Notes under the pieces: model-generated
Databases searched by the model: none
The model's input: the letters and a program-made list of their open reading frames with translations, nothing else
Told to the model about the DNA's origin: nothing
Program-made: the position numbers and the translations under genes
Part shown: positions 12,461 to 25,100 of the stretch, piece by piece
Numbering within the stretch: the first letter of the stretch is position 1
How the letters are laid out: each line of letters begins with the position of its first letter
From: Octopus bimaculoides
Taxonomy: Eukaryota
Length of the DNA stretch: 63,404 bases
Assembly (NCBI RefSeq): GCF_001194135.2
Contig: NC_068985.1
Location: 36,363,838-36,427,241, forward strand
Reading direction: 5' to 3'

Positions 12461-12589
12461 GCCTTTGAACTTGTTGGTACACAAGAGGACCGACATGGTT
12501 ATTTATGGATGAGCACGACAATTATGGGAGGGGTATATTTATTTTTCCTTATTGAAAGATTCCTAAAGTCAGCATTTGAATGGAAGAAG
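12461..12589 (+). CDS. SLC39A14: ZIP exon 4 (AFELVG...GGVYLFFLIERFLK..WKK, TM3)
   Basis: ctctttccag acceptor, aag/gtaaga donor, 43 codons. GG.YLFF..E..LK motif. Confidence 0.93.
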
Positions 12590-14059
12590 GTAAGATTTTT
12601 TTTGCTTTCGTTTTACTGTAATTTTTTCTTCTTAACTTTCCATCTATGTACATTATAGATACATCTGTTCCATTCTTTCTGACATTTTATAATATCTGAT
12701 AACAATGTCTTCAATATGGTGATGCAAGGCAAAATGGTTGTTAAATTGATAATGGTACTGTCAGTTAGTACATAATTAGCAACATTCCTGGAGGGTGGTG
12801 AGTTGGCAGAATTCTTAGAACATCAGTCAGTGCATCTTACAGTATATAGTTAGGTTTTATTATACTTTGGGGTTTAAATCCTGCTGTGGTTGGCCATATC
12901 TTTCATCCTTCCACAGAAGCAAAAATAAAGTGCTTGTCAAGTACTAGCATTAACATAATTGACTATTTCCTCCTCAAAAATGTGTGGTCTTGTGGCCATG
13001 GAGAGAATAACAGAATTTCATCAGGTGGCAATCTTTTTACATATAACTTTACTTACAAAGCAACTGTTAAATCTATTTCTAAACATATAATGTAAGGGAC
13101 TATGAAATAGGCTGTGCATTAGATTGTGCTAATGTGATCATCAGATACTATTTCATTTTAATTGCCTTAAATTCTGTTAGACCTATACAAACATGGAAAA
13201 TTGAACATTGAAATGATAATGACATTTGTGTGGTGTAACTAAAGTATGTTGCAATAATATTCAGTGAGACAAAAAAAAGTTCAAATCCACACATGCTTCT
13301 TTGATTGTTCTGAGTAATTTTCTTAACCCTATAATGCCTACATTATCAGTATACATAAGAGTATATTATTTCAAGAATTATTAAAACATATAGAGTCCAT
13401 TTTATGTACTACTACCCTTTCATTCACCTAGCTGTTGGGAATATGTACCATGTCTGGCAATGCTATCTGAAATAGACTGGCACTTTATGCAAAGAAAGAT
13501 TTATCTCTCATCCACTAAATTTCATGAAACCAGAGTCTTACTTTGAAAAACTGTCAAAACATAGGAAGCCTTATATTAAGCAGTTAGGACAGTGTGTAAT
13601 TGATGACTGATTTGTTAGGTTGCAGTAGTGAGCTTAAATACTTACATGAAATGAGAAGTGATGGTGAGAAGCCATTTCTGTGTTTCATTTTTGAAAGAGG
13701 GATATCATTTTCATTGAAGCCAATAGAGCTGAAATTTCATATTGAAATTTAGCTAAAGGTCAAGCAACTAACTCAGTTACATGAAATCATAATGAATTTT
13801 AAAGAAATACCCTGTTAGGTCCACAAATCAGATTTTATTCTATGTATTTTGTAATTGTTTGTTTTAGCTGAGGAAAATATTAGAATGGAAGCCTTTATGC
13901 ATGAATTTTTAATAATTAACAATACTTTCTTTTCTTGAAAGGCCTAAAATAATCAGAAAAGTTCTTAAATTGTTACACATTGAATTTGATTGTCACTATT
14001 GGAAAAATAAAAAGGGACAAACTGATAACTCTTTCTGTTGATGACATTATATTCTATAA

Positions 14060-14409
14060 TTGCTGAGACCCCCTTTGGTCATGACTGACCATGGGATTGC
14101 ACCTAGAAAGTTACCCCCCCCCCCCCGAGGCACAAGTCCGGGCAAGGTTATTTATGGAAGACCAGCAGTCGCCCATGCATACCGGCCTCCCCTCTCCACG
14201 TCACCAGTGTTATCCAAGGGAAAGGCAAAGGGGCCGATACAGCTTGGCACCAGTGACGTTGCAACTCATTTCTACAGTTGAGTGAACTGGAGCAACGTGA
14301 AATAAAGTGTCTTGCTCAAGAACACAACACACAACCCGGTCCGGGATTCGAACTCACAACCTCACGATCGTAAGCTCGACGCTCTAACCACTGAGCCATG
14401 CGCCTTCAC
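14060..14409 (-). mobile_element. tRNA-derived SINE, family D, full length
   Basis: Head GGCGCATGGCTCAGTGGTTAGAGCG...GAGTTCGAATCCCGG on the minus strand; 9-bp TSD attctataa at 14051-14059 and 14410-14418. Related copy at about 4720-4980. Confidence 0.85.
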
Positions 14410-14561
14410 ATTCTATAACTACAACTTGTATATTGACAAAAAGAAAACTTATAAAATAATTTTAAAAATATCTACGTTTTTTTCATAATTTCAGCTATAT
14501 TCGCAAATGAGTTTTAACTTTAAAATCATTTTATTGTGTTTTGTTTCATCCCTTCTTTTAG

Positions 14562-14603
14562 AACAACAATGATGATGATGAAGCAGAATATAGCATGATA
14601 ATG
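14562..14603 (+). CDS. SLC39A14: ZIP exon 5 (42-nt loop exon NNNDDDEAEYSMIM)
   Basis: ccttcttttag acceptor, atg/gtgagt donor, phase 0/0, open frame. Low-conservation loop, so support is from splice signals only. Confidence 0.7.
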
Positions 14604-15111
14604 GTGAGTAAACATATTTCATCATTGTTTTAAAATTCAGATGCTTCAACACCAAATACACTTTTTAGCCTTCTGATATTGTTAACAGTAAGATGTGGAT
14701 ATTTTTTTTCCCTACTATATTCTAGATTCTAACAACAATTGAATTTCTGCCCTAAAAAAAACTTACTGTAACTCTGATTATGTTTTAAAAGCATATTTTT
14801 TTCTTAGTGTACATTATGCTACCTTAGTATTTTAGGTAGGATACACCAAGCTTTATTCCTGTCAACCTCTTCCAATAGGAGTTAAGGGAATTATAGCTTA
14901 ACATTCATGACTTTATGGTGGTTGAATGTGATTGTACTTCTCATTAGAATTAAGGTGCATACCTTGTGAAGATATAGTGTAGAGCTTATATTGTAACTGT
15001 CTGTTATAGTTTTAAGCATCAACATCTTTTCAACAGCTACTCCAATTTTGATGTTTATCAAATTTTGTTGCCAAAGTGACTATTACCTGTTTCTTTTTTG
15101 CTCAATTTCAG

Positions 15112-15336
15112 GATAAAAACAAAAACCGCCAAATTAGTTGTGTGGAAGAAAATCCCAATATATCAGATATTGTTTGTTCTGTGAAATCCAAGACTCCTGT
15201 AGACAATGACACTGCAAAGCTGAAAGATCCTTCAAATTATCATGCGTCTGCTAGTCAATGCACATCAAGCTTGGGTCGAACTAACAGCAGTGAATTTTTA
15301 GATATACAAGTTAAAACTGAAACAAATTGTAATGAT
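15112..15336 (+). CDS. SLC39A14: ZIP exon 6 (TM3-TM4 cytoplasmic loop)
   Basis: tttcag acceptor, gat/gtaagt donor, 75 open codons, phase 0/0. Confidence 0.82.
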
Positions 15337-15529
15337 GTAAGTTCAAATCAAATCTTAAAATTCTCGTAATCTTTCATTATTGTTTAGTATCTTAAATTTC
15401 TATGTGAATATGATCAAGGAAGCAAAGTACCAGACTATATGCTTTGGTGTAAACTAACTCTGTATCTTTTGTAGGAGTTGATAAATAAGTACAAAACTTT
15501 GTATGTAATGAAAAGAAGTTAAAGCCCAC

Positions 15530-16143
15530 TTATGTGTACCTTTCCTTCATCGGACACTAAACTCCGCTTGTGAAGACCTGTTGAGGCAAGTGAAATCGAA
15601 ATCGAACCATATTCGATGACTGGCACCCATGCCAACCTCTCCTTCATTGGACACTAAACTCGGCTTGCGAAGACCTGTTGGGGCAAGTGAAAGTGAAATC
15701 GTGATGACACCTGTACCAGTGGAGCGCTAAGAGCACCGTCTGAGCGTGATCGTTGCCAGAGCAGCTGTCTGGCTTCCGTGCCAGTGGCACGTAAATAGCA
15801 CCATTTGAGCGTGATCGTTACCAGCGTCGCCTTACTGGCACGTGAAAAGCCATTCAAGCGAGGTCATTGCCAGTGCCGCTGGACTGGCTCCTGTGCAGGT
15901 GGCACGTAAAATACACCATTTTGAGCGTGGCTGTTGCCAGTACTGCCTGACTGGCTTTCGTGCCGGTGGCACGTAAAAGCACCCACTACACCCTCGGAGT
16001 GGTTGGCATTAGGAAGGGCATCCAGCTGTAGAAACTCTGCCAAATCAGATTGGAGCCTAGTGTAGCCATCTGGTTCGCCAGTCCTCAGTCAAATCGTCCA
16101 ACCCATGCTAGCATGGAAAGCGGACGTTAAACGCTGATGATGA
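15530..16143 (+). mobile_element. RTE-related 3' end element with internal imperfect tandem repeats and (TGA)n tail
   Basis: Ends GGCATTAGGAAGGGCATCCAGCTGTAGAAAC...GGACGTTAAACGCTGATGATGA. Other copies at about 19643-19840, 21020-21240, 26010-26345, 33775-34460, 38355-38880, 57050-57290 and 58075-58277. Confidence 0.8.
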
Positions 16144-16659
16144 ATTTCATGTTAATTTAGTATGCACGGAATTGGTGTTGGATAACTCTACAAATTGGTA
16201 TGTTTGCTTCTGTTGTTGGAAAAAGTATTTGGCATCTGGATCCTCTTTACTTTGCCAATGACTTAGTGGTGAATAGTATAGGAATGACACTGATCTTCAG
16301 TTAGGTAGATAAATCTTATAGCATTTGAACTCAAGACTTTGAGGCCAGTTGTGTAACACTGCAATAGTATTTCACACTTCTTAGTTATGTGCATGTTAAT
16401 TAAGATATCTATCATGCTTTATAAAATTATAGTTTGATAAGTAGGTGCAGAAGCCATAGAATTGTTTGGAGGGAAAAGTGTGAGAATTCAATTTTGGAAA
16501 AGGATTGTGAGAGGTAATTTATGTATGAGATTTGTAGCAGAAAAGCACAATGTGAGAGAAATATGATATATCTCTTCAGATTTGATGGTGCTGACTACAA
16601 TGATGTTTGATATACATTTTGTTTCATATTTATTTATTTTTTTATTTTTTAATCAACAG

Positions 16660-16864
16660 AACAGTCGTGGAGATTATAATGACTGCATCATTAAAACAAA
16701 TAAAAAGAAACCAATCAAAACTGTTGCTTGGATGATTATATTTGGTGATGCTTTACATAATTTTATTGATGGCTTGTCCATTGGAGCTGCTTTCAGTTCT
16801 TCCGTAATGACTGGCATCAGTGTTTCTCTTGCTGTTATTTGTGAAGAACTACCTCATGAATTAG
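16660..16864 (+). CDS. SLC39A14: ZIP exon 7 (TM4-TM5, [23 protein letters not shown]...CEELPHEL)
   Basis: Long T tract plus caacag acceptor, ttag/gtaaga donor. LIV-1 signature motifs. Confidence 0.96.
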
Positions 16865-17258
16865 GTAAGAAACATTATATTTACAAAATGAAGCAGTGGC
16901 AAAAAGTTGAGATACATTTTTTAAAATCAAATATCAGGTTGTTTTTTTTTATTGTTGGCTTGACATTTTTAAGAGAGCTATGATCAATTGAATTGATCCT
17001 AATTAATGTTAGTACTTATTTTATTGACTCTAACAAAATAAAAGACAAAGATAGCTCCTATGGGATACAGCGATATGAAACTAATTACTGTATAGTATGC
17101 AGTCTGTTGATCTACTGTTTCAGCCATTATTGCACTGTTCTTAACACAAAGTAATATAAAGCAAAAATGTAACTAAATAAGAAATGCGACTGAAGCTTTG
17201 TGATTGAATTTGGTAGGCGGAAGTTACTGCCATGTGTGTATGTGCTTGTGCCTCTCTC

Positions 17259-17293
<35 letters not shown>

Positions 17294-17583
17294 ATACAAG
17301 AAATAATTAAACAAAGGGAATAGTTGTACAGTGGCATGAGGCCAAAGAGCTCTAACTGGATAGGTAAAACAGCTCTTTTTTTTTCTCTCTTAGAAACCAA
17401 TTGCCCCTTCTGTTTTGCTAACCACATTGTTTTAGCAATTGCTCATGTATGCACAATACAATTTATGCTACATGATACTTCCTGCTTAACATCTAATATA
17501 TATTGAATGCTGGAATTTGAAAGCTTGATATGCTTGAAGTTATCTATTCCATCCATTTTCTCCACTCCCTATTCCTAGGAAGG

Positions 17584-18020
17584 TCATAGGAGCATAGGTT
17601 TCAGGTGATTCCTCCATAGAATCCTCTCAGAAGCAATTGTCATTATACTTTCTGGCTGGATTCCCAAATGTAACCAACTGAGACTATGGATATCATCCAA
17701 CCATCTCGTTCTTGGTCTACCCCTAGGCCCTTCTGCCAGTTGGCTTGGCTTGAAGAATGTCTTCACAACACTAATTCTCATCCTTGCCTTGCAGCATTGG
17801 GCAGCAAACCTATTTGGATGAGCCATGTAGCACCATGTCTTTTGCCAATATCAACCGACTGATCCTACATTCACTGATTGTGATACCACTTCCACAACAG
17901 TTGTGCATGTCATTCCAGTTCTTGAAAATTATGAAAAGAAGATGCGACTATACACACTCCTACCAAAGTCCAACACCCACATTGAAAGGTTTTGACTTAG
18001 CACCATTTACATATATCTGA
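17584..18020 (-). mobile_element. RTE-type LINE 3' fragment, degenerate
   Basis: Minus strand PRGRPRTRWLDDI...ASERILWRN, a typical RTE ORF C-terminus. Confidence 0.7.
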
Positions 18021-18453
18021 GCATTTTAATAGGGACTTCACTGCAACTAGAATTTATTAACTTTTATGATTTATATCTAAATTAGTTCATCCAACAAATG
18101 CTGCTATGGCAAATGGGTGTTAAGATTTAATTTATGACAATGATGTCAGCAGAAAGCTCTATTCTGGAGAATCACAATAAAGAATATGATTACAGCAGAA
18201 TCCCATTTGGTCATTGTGTTGTGAAGTGTTGATTTAACTCATCTTGTTGACTAAAATCTTTCTTGAAATTTTAATATTTTCACGAGACACATCAACTGTA
18301 TTATCTAAAAGCATTATTTAGGATTATGATCCTACTTCACAAAGGTAATATCTTAACATTGAAGATTTCCAAAATGGAAATACACTGACTTTCTAATGAA
18401 TTTTATGTCAATAATTATCTAATTGGTACTCCATTTCTTATCTTTCTTTGCAG

Positions 18454-18641
18454 GAGATTTTGCTATCCTTTTAAATTCTGGCATGACATTAAAAAGAGCT
18501 CTGCTCTTTAATTTCTTGTCTGCTTGTATGTGTTATGTTGGTCTTATATTTGGTATTGTATTGGCTGAAGTTACTGCAGCTCATACTTGGATATTTGGAG
18601 TAGCTGGTGGCATGTTTCTCTATATCTCACTTGTAGACATG
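18454..18641 (+). CDS. SLC39A14: ZIP exon 8 ([11 protein letters not shown]...[14 protein letters not shown]5-7)
   Basis: ctttgcag acceptor, atg/gtaaga donor; conserved LIV-1 sequence. Confidence 0.96.
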
Positions 18642-20127
18642 GTAAGAGTTCAATTTTTTTGGTTTGTTTTTCATCATTAATCAATGGTTTTGTTGGAGTT
18701 GTAACAGTCACAAGTCAATTAGTTGGAATTTGGCATGATGAAGATTGTGACATCAGAACCTGGCTAAATGAATTCTATGATGAAACACTGTTGGAACATT
18801 CAGGCATTTCAGTGTGACACCATTGTTGAGTGATTAGTAGGACATTTTGATGTGACACCACTGTAGTGATTTGTAGGGCATCTCATACTAGAGTAAGGAT
18901 TACATATCTAAGAAGTAACATATCACTGCCCTTTAACTTTAACCATAACCTAGCACCACAGTGATGTAATTAAAATTATTATGGTTCTTAACCACAAATA
19001 CTGAAGTTATTAATGAAATACATTTATAAAATAGCAAATATTTCTGAATTCAGTTAAAGTGTTAATTGCTTAATCATTCTGGATTAAGTGTAACTATTCT
19101 TCAAATTGAGTGTGACACTCAAAGTTAAGTAAGTTTGTCAAAATAGATATAATTATCTGAAGACAAGCAAATTTCTCCTTCAATAATAGTAAAGCTATGG
19201 TTATTTTTCAAGCATCGGCTTTTATGTATTTAAATATGGCTGTCTTTCAAATAAATATTTGTGTAATTTGTCAGGAAATAAAACTTCATCATCAATAATA
19301 AAATGATAAAGAATCATAGGATTTATGTTAAGTCTTTCATTTTCAAATTTCTATTGAAATACACTGCTTTTATTTCAGTTAATTTTGAAAATAATGAAGA
19401 ATTTAGTAAAGCAAGTTTGTTATTATGAAATTGTTGTTAGGAACATAAATTAACATCCAATTTTGATAGGAGATTTTAATTTAGATCACTACAAAACAGG
19501 AAATTTACATCATAGAACGAGGGGCAGATTAGTTAGTTTCAAAAGGGTTAAAGTAATTTTGTTCATTTGTTTTATCTCTTAAGATTTAAAATCTTAGTTT
19601 CTCTCTCTTGTTTGAATTTATCAATTTGCCATGTAATCATATATCATCATCGATTAACGTCCGCTTTCCATGCTAGCATGGGTTGAACGATTTGACTGAG
19701 GATTGGTGAAACCGGATGGCAACACCAGGCTCCAATCTGATTTGGCAGAGTTTCTACAGCTGGATGCCCTTCCTAACGCCAACCACTCAGAGAATGTAGT
19801 GGGTGCTTTTACGTGTCACCCGCACGAAGGCCAGTCAGGCGTAGTTCTGTGGTGCATGGAAAGATGTTTTATATGTGTAATTGTAAATTGAAGAGAGAAT
19901 GTTTTGTAGACCTTTGAAACCAACTCCATATTTTTCAATGGATATATTTTACATGATGCTAAGTTTTGAAAATGCTCTTGAAATGCTTTAGGTAGAGAAA
20001 TTGTTATTATTTGTTTAAGCTGTATTCATTGTTGATGATAGTGAAGCCAGATAAAGAAGGCAGGAGAAACAAACAGCATTTTACTTATTGATAAGTAGTT
20101 TACTGAACATGGAAAAAAGAAAAAATA

Positions 20128-20627
20128 CTAGTAATCCCTCAACGATCGCAGGTGTTACATTCCAAACCCCACTGCGATAGGTGAAAATCAGCAAAGTAGA
20201 AACAGTACTGTACTGTATATTTATTATTACCAATTTTTATAATTGGTATATATTTATTTTATTATAACTGCAAAACAACACCACACACTCACCTCCCGAG
20301 TTTCGTTTTCCACACAGTATGTGCAATTCTTTGTTTACTTTCACCTACAGTACACTATGTATTTTCTTTTAATATATTTTAATTAATGTATTATACAGTG
20401 CAGTACTGTACTGTATTTTTATTTATTAGTTTATTAATTTTTAGGCATGAAAATGCTTATTTTACCACAGAAATAATTGAAATCTAAAAAAATATAAATA
20501 CCTATCGGCTGCAGAAACCCATGATATACTGAGGTGTCTGCGATATAAATTTACATATATTAGCCAGAAAAATCCGCTATGTATGGAGGGCACGATAGGT
20601 GAACCGCAATAGAGCAAGTGATTACTG
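20128..20627. mobile_element. pogo/Tigger-like non-autonomous DNA transposon (MITE)
   Basis: Ends c(t)agtaatccctc..gatcgc and gcaatagagcaagtgattactg are imperfect TIRs, each flanked by TA. Confidence 0.7.
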
Positions 20628-21378
20628 TATTTAATAATTTTAATCCTGTTTCCAATTTCTATAGCAAAAATTCTAATATGATTTTCAATTCTTAAGAATA
20701 AATTATGGAATGAAATAACTTTAAATATTCTATTCTGTAGAATATAATTTCATCAATTTGCATTAAAATTATTTTTACATTACATCTTACATTACATTTT
20801 TACATTTTATTTTAGAAGCATTTACTTTCTCATTCATTGAAAATCACTATTTTGTTATCATTGCTGCCATTGATATCATCGATACCAATATTATTTTTGT
20901 TACTGTTATCATTATCACCGTTAAGTTTTTTTAAATTTTTATTACATGAACGATTTTTATTCTGGCATATGTCTGATAGCTTAAATAACTTCCACAAATC
21001 TCACAAATCATCATCCTTTAACATCTGTTTTCCATGCTGCCATGAGTTGGGCAATTTGATCAGAGATGGCAAGCTGGGGAGTTGCACCAGGTTCCATCCT
21101 GATTTGGCTTGGTTTCTACAGTTGGATGCCCTTCCTAATTGTCAACCACTTTACAGTGTGTGATGGATGCTTTTAACGTGACACCAACAAAATTGCTTTT
21201 TGTGTGGCGCCAACACAGGACTCTTGCAGGCCAATCCTCTTCACCAGGGATAGTGGCCTTTCATTCAAATCAATATAGAAAACTAAAAGTTGAAGCTGTG
21301 ATGTTAATGATATTGGCAACAATAAGGATTTTAAAATATATATATCACTTTGTAACTCGACTTTGTTTTACATTACAG

Positions 21379-21531
21379 ATGCCAGAAATGAATCAAGTTG
21401 TAGAAGCCAAAGAAAACCAGGATGTTGGTAAAATGCAGCTGTTCATACTGCAAAATATTGGTATGATCATTGGTTTCAGCGTGATCTTATTAATTTCATA
21501 TTATGCAGAGGATATTAACATTATCACTTGA
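21379..21531 (+). CDS. SLC39A14: ZIP exon 9, terminal (MPEMN...LQNIGMIIGFSVILLISYYAEDINIIT*)
   Basis: ttacag acceptor; TM8 motif QN.G...G....L; TGA at 21529-21531. Confidence 0.93.
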   Translation: MPEMNQVVEAKENQDVGKMQLFILQNIGMIIGFSVILLISYYAEDINIIT

Positions 21532-21761
21532 TAATGAATGCAGTCAACACTTTTTGAGCCTTAATTTCTGTCCATCATGTTATTTGAATTGTTTTGTTTT
21601 AATATAATTTAATCTATTTCCAAATAGATGAGATTGAGAGAGAGATAGAGAGAGAGAGAGAGAAAGAGTGCACATTCCCATTAGTTATATATTTTACATG
21701 TAAGTCAATTTTTATCAATGTTATAGTTTCTAGATTTTTATTATTTGTTTTTCGTTGAAGC

Positions 21762-21796
<35 letters not shown>

Positions 21797-22025
21797 CACA
21801 CACACACATATATACAGTTTTTGTTTGTCAGACAGTAGCTCTAGTTTCGTTTTTCCTGCTGAGTCTATATGAAGGTACATGTCCATAATCTTTACAGACT
21901 GGCAAGCTAGAAGTGATAGAAGCTGTGTGTGTAAATGTACATACGAGAAGGTGGGGATATGATGGTGATGTTGATGATACATGGTGATAATGATGTTGAT
22001 ATATATATATGTATACTGGTGGATT

Positions 22026-22073
<48 letters not shown>

Positions 22074-22084
22074 ACTGGTGGATT

Positions 22085-22119
<35 letters not shown>

Positions 22120-25100
22120 CTTTTGTATTCTAGGCACAAAGCCTGGAATTTTGGGGGGAGGGTGCCAGTCAATTAGACCTACCTCAGTATGCAACTGGTA
22201 CTTAATTTTATCAACCCCGAAAAGATGAATAGCAACGCCGACCTTGGCAAAATTTGAACTCAGAACGTAAAAACAGATGAAATACCGCTAAGCATTTTGC
22301 CTGGCGTGCTAACATTTCTGCCAGCTTGCATTATATATATATATATATTAGAAAGTATTATTTATTGCTGAATTTTGCCAAACAACCCAGCAGGAATTGA
22401 TGTGATAATGTTTATATCTAAAGGGTTATTAAAACAATTTTTTAAATACTGTTAAACATACTTTTGGGCTTAGTATCACATTTCAATATACATACGCATT
22501 TGAGATTGTTGTCTACTATATGCTGAATATTCAGAAAATCTCTCTCTCTATATATATATATCACATTTCATTTTTTATAGACTCACACCCCAGCTAATAT
22601 AGCTTTTACTGTAAATCTTATAAAAATGTTATAACTGACATTGGCTTTAAATGTAGTTATTTCTCCATGACATTGATCACCAAACATTGCTCATCAATAC
22701 CCATGAATATTTTGACTACACTTTTTTTTTAACACATTGCTAATTTACTGACTTCAGTATCCTCATATTTACATATTTCCTACATTGACTGGTAATAATA
22801 AGTTTAGGTGCCTAAATGAACAGGTGGATTAGTGTATTTTTATCATTTCACCAATTTCTCATCCTTCAACAATTTAACATATTGAGTGTTACTTGTTAAT
22901 TGTTTTGTTTTTTCTTCAAAGATCTGAAATTCAAAATATTACCATAATCCATTCACTCTTGTGTGCAAGGACACAATCTTGGTATCGTAAACTACTCATC
23001 AGTTTTCCCTTAGTCCAATGTTGTTTTTTTGTTCTATCATGCTATCAGTTATAAGGGTCAGGGAAGGTTCAGTACCTTACGTTAGGCACAGTCTGGTGCC
23101 AGTGGTGGGATAGGTTTAATCCCACAACTTGTTTAACCAAGAGTCTGATACCTTATCCATCTGGCCATTGCAACTCCACATGGCTGCAATGTAGTCAACT
23201 TATGTGTATATATATATATGTGTGTGTGTATGTGCGCGTGCATGTGTGTGTGTATAATTTATCTTGAGTGTTTTTAAGTGTAACAGTTTTAAAGTTCTTA
23301 TTTTATTTATTGTTTATTTGTATTGAAGTTTTCTTTTAACAAGTTTTAAATCTCCAGCCTTTTAACCGTTAAGATTAACTGTGACAGTTGATGTGCTGAA
23401 AAATAGCTTCATTTATGAGCTATAACTGATTTGCTGAAAAGAAAAACAACAAAACAAACTTATCTATTTTTAAAACAAGCTAAATTAACTGAACTTATAT
23501 TGATATGACATTCTCAAAATATGATACTTTGAAAAGTAAAAATAAATTTGTCACTTGTGCCTTTTCTATTTCTAATCTAACATATTTAATTGGTAAATGT
23601 TAGCTCTGGTTATTTAAATGCCATTTTGGCAAGTAAGAAGGTTGCAGATTCAGATCGTAACCATTGGAAATCTTTTAAAAGAAGGAATCATTATAATGGG
23701 TAAATCTTTGATAGGAAAATTCTGTGATTAGGTTATAATAATGGTGGTGGTAGTAATTAATAGTAGTGGTTGTACTTATTGATCTTTGAGGGGTAACTTT
23801 CATGTTTATTAAATATTATCTGATAGCAAATCAGAAAGGTTGAGATTTTTTAAAACATTGAACGATGTAATTTATTAAGGTTTTTTATCATTGATCTTGA
23901 CTAATATAAAATTGTCTAGTTAGTAAAATTTAATTTTAAAAATTAAACAAAAATCTTTTAGTTCAGTATTTGAAATGACTGTTATAATATCAATATAACA
24001 ATACTGTATCAATACTAATGATGTAATTATACCTATCCTTCTTTATCAAAATTTAAATTAATTGCTATTCTGTTACAGAAGACAAAAGTAATTCACTTTT
24101 GCATATCTTTCCTGATAGCATTTCCTTGCAATTCCTACAGTTACATATTTTTCTTGTTTATCTCAATTCTTTCTCTTTACAAATGATACATTCATAAAAT
24201 AAACCCAGCGGTCTTCAAGCAATGATCTTAATGTTGTGTTTAGATTTAACCCTTTTGAGAAGAAACCACCTGAGACTGTCCTAGTTAAACCTTGCATCAA
24301 AATTTTGTAATTTATATTCCAAAGTTGAGCTTAATACATTCTACTAAATTTTACTGAGTTCTTAATTATTTTCAAAATTAATTGAAACAAAAACAGTGTG
24401 TTTAAATGAAAATATGGTAACAAAAGAAGTTAATGTTATGTTAATTGGAAGCAGTTTGTAGTAAATAATGTTGGGCCCAATTGTTTACAATTGATTCTTG
24501 TTTGTGCTTATTTTCCATTAAAGAATCTACAGGTTTGAATTCTTAGGCAGTGATTTAGAATGAAAACCTATATTTGTATATTCAGTTTTCACTTTCTCCT
24601 TTTTCATGTTATGTCTTTTATAGAATTATTTCTTGCTTGTCCAAAGAAGTATTTAAAAAATACGATTTTCTTAGTTTTCTGTATTTTACCCTTTATGCTC
24701 TGTCTTATGTTGTGCATGTCCTGTGATTATTTTCACATGCTGCTCTCAAATCACTAAACTCCAGAATTTCTTTGCTTAATTATTTTAGCTCTGGTTGTCT
24801 CTTGAAGCAGATTCTCTAACCAAATGCTTTGTAGAACTTGTCAAACATATCTTTTAAAACATATACAAAAATTAAATTATTTAAAAAAACAAACAAACAA
24901 AAACCATCTATCAAACTTTTACATTATTTTAAGAAAGATTTTTACAAGGATTAGAAATCCACTGAATTGTCAGTATTATATCTATTTTGTTTTTATTTAT
25001 TTGAACGAAACAAAATAATTCTTGACTCATAAATTACATGATCCTAAAAGCCCTGTTACTCAAGAGATGCAACTGATTCACTTTATCTGCATTTTTGACA

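Larger units (their letters stand above)
5198..21531 (+). other. SLC39A14: Gene span: ZIP8/ZIP14-like LIV-1 family zinc/manganese/iron transporter, 9 coding exons, 462 aa
   Basis: Exons of 117+160+170+129+42+225+205+188+153 nt = 1389 nt join in phase into one ORF. It carries the PAL-like ectodomain motif (LSPAILHQL..C), TM1-2 (WGFGFLFVTLINLC..ALAVGSL..L.LIPE), TM4 [10 protein letters not shown] and TM5 [13 protein letters not shown]14 versus ZIP8 orthology cannot be resolved; the first exon is less certain. Confidence 0.93.

Noticed and set aside
14330-14409. tRNA-like sequences (also 59741-59815 and 56386-56460) as tRNA genes
   Set aside because: They are fused to SINE bodies with TSDs and lack complete cloverleaf acceptor stems.
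15700-15975. Imperfect repeats with spacers, superficially CRISPR-like (also 52580-52990 and 33950-34330)
   Set aside because: Eukaryotic context, degenerate repeats, no cas genes; part of an RTE-related 3' UTR.
21614-22228. IYIY/VCVC/HTHT-rich ORFs (also 45248-45640 and 49826-50244)
   Set aside because: Translations of TA and CA microsatellites.
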